Of a stretch of DNA of 64,000 bases, positions 54,268 to 64,000 are shown piece after piece. The first letter of the stretch is position 1; every line of letters begins with the position of its first letter. Origin of the DNA: Tubulanus polymorphus (taxonomy: Eukaryota; Animalia; Nemertea); assembly GCF_964204645.1 (NCBI RefSeq), contig NC_134032.1, positions 1,546,416 to 1,610,415 of the forward strand. The letters are read 5' to 3'. The notes under the pieces are model-generated. The model did not search any database, was not told the origin of the DNA, and was given only the letters and a program-made list of their open reading frames with translations. A program made the translations under genes and the position numbers.

Positions 54268-54548
54268 CCCTTTCAGTGCGTCTACACCGCAGTGCCGTGT
54301 ATAAATCGGTGATAGATTTTGCTAGTACACCGCACTGCGGTGTATTGATGTAATTAGTAATTATCTCTCTTGAAAGATGGCAGTACGTGTCAAACATAGT
54401 GAAATACTAGTAACTAACGATACACTGCACCGCGGTGTAGACGCACTATAGTGCTGTTCCCGTAATTCAACACACTAGGGCGGAATTTTTCAAAGTTTTT
54501 AAATTATCTCCAGTACTACAGGATATTAATTAGTCGGCACTGAAAGGG
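54268..54548 (+). mobile_element. piggyBac-like MITE family B, copy 2
   Basis: CCCTTTCAGTGC...GCACTGAAAGGG; same internal sequence. Confidence 0.75.
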
Positions 54549-55832
54549 TTGAACAAAGCGAAGTTGGTCACTTCCCTTTGTTTAAGCATTTCTTAGTATC
54601 GAGTAAGTGGTTTACGTGTGAACGCGTTCTCTAATTAGGCATGGGCCAAATTTGACTCGCGCCTGCTCCGTGCCAATTTGGCCCGGGCCCAAATCCTCTC
54701 CGTGTGATCGCGGCTTATATCCGCCAATGCTGGAAGTTATATTCATTCCCCTGTTTTGAACATGTCTGTATATCCCCACAGTGTTCAGCTAAAAGTGCCA
54801 GTCAGAGTGATTATCGCCTCGCGCCTAAAAAGGCATTTATAACCTATGACTATTAGCACGTATACGTGCTGACTAAGTTCACCATATCAGTATTACATGG
54901 CTGGTAGTGAACGTGTTAATTTTGAAGGAGACTCGCGTACTAACAGTTTCCTCCTTTGAAATGATGTAGGCCTACATCAGATGCGGATTCAGAAGGGGGT
55001 TAAAGGGTGTTGTGACCCCCCCTGCTCAGCTACCAAAAAGATTTTTAAATCGTTTTCTTGAAGGAATGTACTCAAGACTAAGCGGGCGAACGGGACCACA
55101 TAATCGAGTACCATATCATCTTATGTTTGGCAGACGGTACAACATAATCGGTACCATATTATGTTTACCATATTATGTTTGGCCAGACAATATGCCGTAT
55201 AGGACCCGGCTATCATTAGAGATTTTAGTCGGCATTTTAACATTAACATTTTTCATGAACCCGTTCCTGGATAGAATTCTGGATCCGCACCCGGTAGGCC
55301 TAGGCCTATATGTCTTGATCAAGTTTATTTATACAATTGATATTCAATGAAAACATTGTAACAATGGCGACTGCCTAGGAACCTGTCAAACTTCTTTATT
55401 ATATCGCTCCTTTATCGTAGGAGACCAGTGGTTCGTCGGTGTTTATTAAATCTGGTGATAAAAGTGTTTTTTATGGTATTTTATCTTGGTAAATTGTGTC
55501 GATATTTATTGAGGGCATCTTATTGCGTTCAAGTTTGTACCTATACAGACAACTAGGAAGTAGCGTCTGTCATTAGTACTGGGGGAAACCTTCATGTGAC
55601 CGGAATCATTTCACAATATCGCAATATAATTCATTTAGGCTTGGTACATAGCAGAGCAAGGTAGTTTTATTATTTTGAACTTTCAGTGACATTGTTATCC
55701 ATGAATGGGCAGTAGTGACTTAGGCCTTAAAGTCAAAAAATGGTCTACAATCATTGGTATTATAACCTCAGCTGTTAAATCGGTTACAGAACCAAAATCA
55801 GCTTAGACTGGTCATAAATGTAATGAACCTAA

Positions 55833-56052
55833 GGCTAAAAAAAATTGCTACCTTGTTTCTCCGCTCTGCTGAGCTTAAATGTTGACCCGGCCGGCCGCCT
55901 ATCTACCCTATACATTACTTTTTTTTAAATGGTGATCAATTTTACCATAACAGACCCGGCCGCTATAGAAATGAACTGTTTATAAATTTTATCATATTTT
56001 ACTAAAATGACCCGGCCGCTGCGGAGAAACAAGGTATCATTTTTGTTTAGCC
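55833..56052 (+). mobile_element. MITE family A, copy 5
   Basis: Same TIRs, TAA TSD. Confidence 0.85.
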
Positions 56053-56523
56053 TAAGCCAATCAGTTTTTTAGACCAGTTTTTCAACATCGTCATACGATA
56101 ATATCCTTGCACGTAATCGAGATTACCCAGTTTTTTTTTTCACCATTTTTGATATTCCGTTGTTGTTGGTGACCCTAACCGCCAAATTTCAGGATGGTCA
56201 TTGGTTCATGTTTACAGGGGGCCTCAAATATTGAGAGTGTCAGATTGCGATGCATTTAGCCGGGTGGGTGAATTGTCCCTCGACCCCTAGTTTGACGGAG
56301 GGAACACCGTACGTATACTACAGTTCAATCAAAGGCTTTCATAATTGCTAAGGGGGACTGTGCTTCTTGTGAGTCCAGTCTTCCAATCGGTTTCTACGGA
56401 GAAATACGAACTAGAAATAACATTTATATCGTGAATATTCTTTGTAAAATTACACGAAATTATTTTGCAATCCATCATTCACGTATTTAAACTACCCGCG
56501 GGACGCGGCCCGCAAGTTTCGAC

Positions 56524-56672
56524 GAAAGTCCGTCTGCTACGTATGAAAGTCTGTCTGCTATGTATGAAAATCCATCTGCTACATATGAAAGTCTGTCTGC
56601 TACGTATGAAAGTCCGTCTGCTACATATGAAAGTCCGTCTGCTACGTATGAAAGTCCGTCTGCTACGTATGA
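56524..56672. repeat. 21-bp minisatellite, ~7 copies
   Basis: unit gaaagtccgtctgctacgtat. Confidence 0.9.
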
Positions 56673-56772
56673 CTTAGAAGTTCATCTTATTATCAAATAC
56701 GAATATCTGTTGTAATTTCAGGATGTTTTGAAGAGATGTAACCGAATCGAGAGGCCGATCGATTATTTCGCG

Positions 56773-57425
56773 ATGAAGGCTTTGACACGAGGTGGCGACA
56801 CCGACGCGTATTCGACGACATCCGTCGCGTCCAAGACGTCCGAGCGTCGGAAAACACCGCGATTCTCGTTGCGTCGGATATTTTTTCGCCGCTCGAAATC
56901 GGGCGCGTACACGAGCGCGAAAACGAAACTCAACGCGACCGAATCGTCGTCGGATTCGCAGTCGGAATCGACCAGCAGCGTCGGCCAATCGAACGACTCG
57001 AAGGATAACGTCGCCGTCGCTACGGCAACAGCGGCAGACGTCGGGATTTCGACGTCGATTACTTCTTTAGCGTTGATTCGCGCGGAGGTCTGCTCGTCCC
57101 CGATCGGCTCGTCCGTCTCCTCTCCCTCGCCGCTGATAGTTGAATGTCCGCTGTGTCTGCAGGAGTTGCCCGTCGGCAATTTCGTCGCCGTTCAGACGTG
57201 TCACCATCGGTCGTGCGTCGACTGTTTGCGTCAGTATCTGAAGATCGAGATCACCGAGTCGCGGATTAATATCGCGTGTCCCGAGTGCGCCGAGCGTTAC
57301 CACCCGAACGACATCCGTACGATACTCGACGACCCGGCGCTCATGGATAAATACGAGGAGTTCATGCTGAGACGCGTGTTAGTTTCTGATACGGACACTA
57401 GGTGGTGTCCCGCTCCAGATTGTGG
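56773..57425 (+). CDS. RNF19A: RBR E3 ubiquitin ligase RNF19-like, first coding exon (RING1, start of IBR)
   Basis: tttcag| acceptor at 56722; [61 protein letters not shown]|gtaagt; start ATG inferred. Confidence 0.93.
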
Positions 57426-57485
57426 GTAAGTAGCGATAGCGTCGACTTCCTCCGTTTACATCTGTGACATCATTGGTAGTTTTAA

Positions 57486-58071
57486 CCCTTTCAGTGCGTC
57501 TACACCGCAGTGTGGTGTATTAATCAGTGATAGATTTTGCTAGTACATCGCACTGCGGTGTATTGATGTAATAAAGTTAATTATTGTAATTAATCAGACA
57601 CTGTTTACCCTTTCTGTACGCCACGGACACAGTGCGGTGTATAAATCAGTGATTGATTTTGCTAGTACATCGCACTGCGGTATATCGATGTAATAAATAA
57701 TTATCTCTCTTGGAAGATGGCAGCTTCTGTCAAACTTAGTGAAATATTAGTAACTAACGATACACTGCGCCGCGGTGTAGATGCACTATAGTGGTATTCC
57801 CGTTATTCAACACACTAGGGTGGAATTATTCAAAGTGTTCAAATTATCTCCAGCACTATAGGGTATTAATTAGTCAGCACTGAAAGGGTTAAAACAGAAA
57901 ACCTCTTGAAAGATGGCAGCTACTGTCAAATATAGTGAAATACTAGTAACTAATGATACACCGCGCTGCGGTGAAGACGTTCCCGTTATTCAACACACTA
58001 GGGTGGAATTTTTCAGAATTTTCAAATTATCTCCAGCACTATAGGCTTTTAATAAGTCAGCACTGAAAGGG
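57486..58071 (+). mobile_element. piggyBac-like MITE family B, composite with partial duplications of both ends
   Basis: TTAA|CCCTTTCAGTGC ... AGGG|TTAA at both 57888 and 58071. Confidence 0.75.
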
Positions 58072-58117
58072 TTAAGTGGGATGTATAAAGGCGGCTGATA
58101 ATATTGTTTTATTACAG

Positions 58118-58311
58118 ATACGCCGTGATCGCCAGTGGTTGCGCTAGTTGTCCTAAGCTACGCTGCGAACGACCGGGGTGCAACACTTATTTCTGTTATC
58201 ATTGTAAACAGCACTGGCATCCGAATCAGACGTGCGACGCGGCGCGAGCCGAGAGATCGCCTAATCTACGCTCGGCATCGGTTACTTATAGTCACGATTC
58301 GGCTTCGCAAA
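58118..58311 (+). CDS. RNF19A: RNF19-like exon (IBR)
   Basis: attacag|..|gtgagt; [35 protein letters not shown]. Confidence 0.95.
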
Positions 58312-58516
58312 GTGAGTAGTGAAAATATACAGTAATCCTCGGCCCGGTTTCACGGACTCAGTATCAAAGCTATCCCTAGGGGTAAATCCTCAATTTGAGA
58401 GACAACCACCGTAGTAACAATGAGAAACCGTGGTTATAACTGACAGATTTCAAAATGTTCCCGGGGACTATTTTCCTTCCATATCTATGATACCCAGCCC
58501 TCGTGATTAACCTCAT

Positions 58517-59171
58517 ACTCTTTTGAGCTATATGAAAGTTGGCAAGAACTCAAGGTCCTTCTTCATTTATTGGCAACTGTCTCCAATCACGCGTAAACCG
58601 AGAACTCCTGGTCCCTTCTTACTGTGATTCCGATAAAATACATTGCATATAACAGCCTCCGTATATCGGACATTCACAAATATTGAAAAGCTATCGAAAT
58701 CTCCAGTCCCGGTGTTTCCTTTCCCTTCGTAATATCATCCTCCCACTGCAGGGACTCGAACCTGATGGCATCGCTACACTCAGCCACGGCACGAACCCCT
58801 GCATCAGTAGACCGGGTGCGCAGGTACATGCGCAGCTTTCCGAACGAAAACTGGCGGCACCAATCAGATTGCTCGTTGTATAATCGTTGAGGCAAATTTC
58901 AAGGAAGAACTATAAATGGAGAACCCGGGATAAGATAAAACGGGATTTCTGATTGGCTTAAAATCACATCATCTGAACTGCGCATGTATCTGCGCACACG
59001 GTCGATTATGGCAGGGTTTCGTGCCGTGGCAATCTCGATGCCATCAGGTTCGAATCCCTGCCGGGGGAGGATGTCGTAATATTAGAACGTACTCTTTTGA
59101 GCTAAATGAAAGTTGGCAAGAATGTGTAAACTTAAGGTCCTTCTTCATTTATTGGCAAAACTGTCTCCAAT
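58517..59171. repeat. Inverted-repeat element with B-box-like ends, flanked by a ~70-bp direct repeat; partial copy at 26270-26430
   Basis: gcagggactcgaacctgatggcatcg / cgatgccatcaggttcgaatccctgc; direct repeat actcttttgagcta..actgtctccaat. Confidence 0.6.
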
Positions 59172-59774
59172 TGAAAGCAATGCCACCATTACTAACCCAT
59201 GATGCGATGCATTTGTGATTGTGGGCGTCGTTGATTGGTTGTGACGGAGATGGTAGGACATCCACACTGAATATTGCCGAATGCGTTATATTAGGGGATG
59301 CTAACACATGCTGCTGCGCTGGGGATCGATATAATGAGGATTTGAAAGTATATTCTCTACTCTGTTGTCGGTTTGTTTTGATCTTAAAATAGGGATTGTC
59401 CCTGTTGTTTGTTTGGTTGGTAAATTTCGTTAGATTTTTCGATTGAGCGTCCCTTACAGACCCACCACACCTGCCGGCAGCGAAACAGGGGGTTCGATTT
59501 TTAAAATCGGAAATCGAAGTACAGATATAGATGTGTGATTGGCGGTCTAATTTACAGAATTTTCTTTTTAAATCGAAGTACATAATTGGGAAATTCGGTT
59601 CTGGTTCATCCAAACAATCTTCCATTCAGTCTGAATCGGCAAGCGACTGATTGGGATGAATTTTTCTGGCTGCCTAATTTAATACATCGAGATTTTGGAA
59701 ATAGCTTATTACATGGTTGAAGATGATTTTGTCCATTTTTATATTATTTTGGTCGTTTTCTACGTGTTTTGCAG

Positions 59775-59916
59775 GTGAGATCAAACCGTGTCCGCGATGC
59801 AGCGCGTATATCATCAAAATGGACGACGGTTCTTGTAATCACATGACGTGCGCGGTGTGCGGCGCCGAGTTCTGCTGGTTGTGCATGAAAGAGATTTCGG
59901 ATCTTCATTATTTGAG
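59775..59916 (+). CDS. RNF19A: RNF19-like exon (RING2)
   Basis: ttgcag|..|gtattc; [45 protein letters not shown]. Confidence 0.95.
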
Positions 59917-59992
59917 GTATTCATCGAATTCAACGTTAACCGCAAAAGGATGTAGGCCTACTTAAGAAATCGTAGGACAACCAGTGAAGAAT

Positions 59993-60495
59993 TAATGTCT
60001 GTTTCAACCTGACTTGAGAGCATTCCGGGTGGCCTAGCTCGCTAATTTTTGGTAGTACATACCCCTGATAAAGGTGTTTATAGGACCAGAAAGGACTGGC
60101 AGTCGACCTAAATCATCATTTTTTAATCCATTCGAAACTGTATTGAAGAATATCCAAAAAGTCTTCACTGAAAGGGGTTAAATGAAGAGAAGTGACTCCA
60201 TGATTTGAAAGATTTACAATATGTCTCCATGCCTACGTATCAAATTTCAGTTGGTCGGCATGGAGACATATTTGTAAACTTTCAAATCATGGAGTCTCTT
60301 TTCTCTCAGGAACCCATTTCGATGCAGATTTTTTGGATATCCTTCAATACAGTTTCAAATGGATTAAAAAATGATGATTTAGGTCGACTGCCAATGCATT
60401 CTGGTCCTAATAAGACTTTTATCAGGTATGTACCACCACAACTGACTGAGCTAGGCCACCCTGTACGCTCTCAAGTCAGGTTGAAATAGACATTA
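59993..60495. mobile_element. Foldback MITE family C, copy 2
   Basis: taatgtctgtttcaacctgacttgagag...ctctcaagtcaggttgaaatagacatta. Confidence 0.8.
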
Positions 60496-60905
60496 GCTGT
60501 TGTTACGAAAAATTTAGTCTTTTGACTCTTTGACTAGTACTATTTGAATTTGAGTAGATAGCAGTCGAGCAATGTTTATGATAATTAATCCCCTCACCTT
60601 CAAGTTGTACAATTAGTAGGAAGAATCTGTGAATTCTGAGGCGCATTTTCTTTATTCCAAGTCAAGACGTCTCGATTCGGAATATTAACATCCACGGCGC
60701 TGCTCCTTAACTAACTCCTTTTATCCAAGAGCTGTACAGGGTTCTTACAGCCCCTCAAATCCTTCAAAAACCCCTCAAATTACGAAAACAATTATTGAGG
60801 GTACAAAATCCCTCAAATTCTGAGTCCTCTGGTCCCTCAAATTCCCTTCAAATTTCATATTGATGGTCCTTTAGGAACCCTGCTGTAGTGAACTAAAACA
60901 CCAGT

Positions 60906-61493
60906 GGTCAGTTGCACAGGCGTGGTCTTAAATCTTGGGACTGGTCTTAAGTTGTTAGATTGGCTATAGAACTAGAATGAGCTTAGACTGGTCTTAAGTT
61001 GTTAGATTGGCTATAGAACCAAATGAGCTTAGACTGGTCTTAAGTTGTTAGATTGGCTATAGAACTAGAATGAGCTTAGACTGGTCTTAAGTTGTTAGAT
61101 TGGCTATAGAACCAAATGAGCTTAGACTGGTCTTAAGTTGTTAGATTGGTTATAGAACCAAATGAGCTTAGACTGGTCTTAAGTTGTTAGATTGGCTATA
61201 GAACTAGAATGAGCTTAGACTGGTCTTAAGTTATTAGATTGGCTATAGAACTAGAATGAGCTTAGACTGGTCTTAAGTTGTTAGATTGGCTATAGAACTA
61301 GAATGAGCTTAGACTGGTCTTAAGTTATAAGATTGGCTATAGAACTAAAATGAGCTTAGACTGGTCTTAAGTTATAAGATTGGCTATAGAACTAGAATGA
61401 GCTCAGACTGGTCTTAAGTTGTTAGATTGGCTATATAACTAAGTTGGTCTTAGACTAGTCTTAAGTCTAAGCCATGACTATGCAACTGGCCCC
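60906..61493. repeat. MITE with an internally amplified ~46-47-bp tandem array
   Basis: unit actggtcttaagttgttagattggctatagaactagaatgagcttag, between ggtcagttgcacag and tatgcaactggccc termini. Confidence 0.85.
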
Positions 61494-61678
61494 TGCACAC
61501 ATGGCGATTCTCGAGTTGTCAGAGCTCTGAATCAAATGGTTGCAAGTGATAGAATGAACCCATTGATATTTATGGTCCTTCCTTGTAAACCCGAGCTCGG
61601 CCTTTAATCGATGATTAAGGTTCATAAGTCCTTAGAAATTGAGTAGGTAATAATTTAGTCGATTATGTTGATTTTTAG

Positions 61679-61841
61679 TCCGTCTGGTTGCACTTTCTGG
61701 GGTAAAAAACCATGGAGCCGAAAGAAGAAGATATTGTGGCAACTCGGCACATTAGTTGGCGCTCCGGTCGGTATCGGACTCGTTGCTGGAATCGCAGTTC
61801 CCGCGATGATCATAGGGATTCCCGTCTGGGTCGGACGCAAG
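61679..61841 (+). CDS. RNF19A: RNF19-like exon (first transmembrane region)
   Basis: ttttag|..|gtaatt; [33 protein letters not shown]. Confidence 0.95.
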
Positions 61842-62184
61842 GTAATTTATCGACTAACGTTAGGAATCCATCTGCCGTCTGTCTGTGAGAATCTCAATTT
61901 AGTGATCATTATTATATTTCCACACGAGTCACAAGGGCCTCGTGCCCAAAAGGTCGTGTTTGGTCTGAATTCCGAATGGACACATAACTGAGTATCGAAG
62001 TTATGCCTAGGGATAAATCCTCGATCTGAGTAACAACCACCGTAGTAACAATGAGAAACCATTGTTATAACTGACGAATTTCAAAATATTCTCAGGGACT
62101 ATTTTATTTCCACATCTATGAAACCCAGCCCTGGTATTTTACTATGAAAAGTGCTATTTCTCATGTGTGTATCTTGTGTTTCAG

Positions 62185-62449
62185 TTACATACACGTTACG
62201 GTCACCTACCACAGCACAAGAGGAATATGGTAATAGCCGGTGGTGTAACTGCGTCAGTTATCGTAGCGCCGGTTGTCGCTAGTTTAGCCGTCGGTATCGG
62301 CGTACCGATATTATTGGCGTATGTTTACGGCGTGGTGCCGATATCGCTGTGTCGCAGCGGTGGTTGCGGCGTATCGACGACCGACTCGGGCGGAGTTCGA
62401 TTTGAGTTCGAAGAGAACGAAGGAAGTGGCCCGTCGGGGCCTTACGCCC
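62185..62449 (+). CDS. RNF19A: RNF19-like exon (second transmembrane region)
   Basis: tttcag|..|gtaagt; [29 protein letters not shown]. Confidence 0.94.
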
Positions 62450-62662
62450 GTAAGTACTTAAACCATACTTTTCGTATAGTGCAGGGGCCAGTTCCACAGT
62501 CATGGCTCAGACTTAAGACCAATTTAAGACCAACTTAGTTCTATAACCAATCTAACAACTTAACACCAATCTCAAAATCTTAGACCATTTTTGGAGTTAA
62601 GTCTCAACTGAGGAACCAGCCCCAGGGTCCGGAATCAGCCGTCTTTTCTAGGAGTCTTTATA

Positions 62663-62852
62663 GGGATAATTTGATGATGTCATAGGGAGATTTATGGAGG
62701 TGGCCAACTTTTCTAGGTTTTGTATAGACTAGCCATAAAGAGAAAGATAATTTGATGATGTCATAGGGGAATTTATGGAGGTGGCCAACTTTTCTAGGTT
62801 TTGTATAGACTAGCCATAAAGGGAAAGATAATTTGATGATGTCATAGGGGGA
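62663..62852. repeat. 81-bp tandem duplication (~2.3 copies)
   Basis: gataatttgatgatgtcataggg recurs at 81-bp spacing. Confidence 0.85.
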
Positions 62853-62952
62853 TTAACTGATGAACCATGTTGTCTGGTGTGGCTGCTATGTAAATTCCCC
62901 TATGATGTCATTTAATGAACAGCTTATGAGTGAATGTTTATATTTGTTGTAG

Positions 62953-63199
62953 CTGATTCTCACAGCATAGAAACGACCAGTCACCGGGTAGCGAACCCCA
63001 GTATCGGACCTAGTATCGGTGAGATGTCTATGGCTATGACCGGCAGTCTTAGCGCTAGCGGAAGCCACATCGACCGAGTCGGGATAATCCGCGACGAGAG
63101 CGATCGCGAATCGGCCAGTAACAGAGCGATCGCTGGCTCCAGTTTGAACGGTAGTTTATCGGGAAGCGCCGTCGCCGGACCGAGCGGATTTCAAAACCG
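62953..63199 (+). CDS. RNF19A: RNF19-like exon (C-terminal tail; gene continues beyond the window)
   Basis: ttgtag|..|gtaaga; NPSIG..GSLSASGSH..DRESASNRAIAGSS. Confidence 0.88.
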
Positions 63200-64000
63200 G
63201 TAAGAGATTTTCTCGACTACGGTCTCACGAATCACGTGGATCCCCTGAGAAAATTGGAGGGGGCACGGCGAAGGTACGGGGGGAGATCTAGGAAAATCTC
63301 AAAGAGAAGGAAGAGCAGTTCTCGGAGAAAGCAGGATTAAGGCCGGCTTAAGTCGCCAAGCAACACGATGCCTACCGACGCAACTGGGTTTATCGCCGAT
63401 TCACGGCCTACGAGAGGCCGCCAGTTGCTGCTCTATCGGTTCGACATAAGCCGGCTTGCGACACCAACCTGACGCCTACCGACTCGTCGCAAGCCGTATC
63501 CGGCTAGATGCCCGTGTTCTACTCCGGCCTACGGTAGGCCAACAGTCGCTTTTGATCGCAACTGACATAAGCTGCTGTTGCTGTGATATGCATGGTGTTG
63601 CAACACTTTTAGTCGATGAATAAAACCCCACAGTAGATTTTTAGAAACGTTTTCGAGGTTAAAATCTAAACCTCGTCTTCAGGGTCCAGTTCCACAGTTG
63701 TGAGTTAAGATTTGACTCGGAGTTAACTCATTGAAAATGAACTAGATTTAACTCAGAGTTAACTCTAACTCACAACCGTGGAACTAGATCCTGAGTTCAG
63801 AGTTAACTCTAACTCACAACTGTGGAACCGGGTCCAGAGGAACAAAAAATACATTGTATTCTTGTAAGTTGCTCAGGATCCAGTTCCACAGTTGCGAGTT
63901 AGAGTTAACTCTGTGTTGAAATTAGTTCATTTTCAATGAGTTAACTCGGGGTCAAAATCTTAACTCAGGATCCAGTTCCACAGTTGTGAGTTAGAGTTAA

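Overview
Eukaryotic (invertebrate-like, intron-rich) genomic window with three recognisable spliced genes, each reconstructed by hand from GT-AG boundaries and reading phase. (1) + strand: 3' end of an anion-selective Cys-loop ligand-gated channel (GlyR/GluCl-like). One loop-C/TM1-TM3 exon (2854-3221) is followed by THREE paralogous, phase-compatible terminal exons (8621-8791, 15839-16006, 18240-18413), each encoding its own intracellular-loop end, TM4 and stop; the third is missing from the ORF track. (2) - strand: OATP/SLCO4A1-like transporter with 12 coding exons (35430 to 21961, 756 aa from that ATG), plus candidate in-frame alternative N-terminal exons. (3) + strand: RBR E3 ligase RNF19-like (56773 onward, truncated by the window end), head-to-head with the minus-strand unit. 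Introns hold several MITE families with diagnosable TSDs, a three-level nested insertion, a decayed ~4.8-kb P-element-like transposon with two convergent ORF remnants, Penelope-like fragments including a tandem array of six minimal hammerhead ribozyme motifs, tRNA-derived SINEs and many minisatellites. Most long ORFs in the track are repeat artefacts. No database searches were run; family assignments rest on motif recognition.
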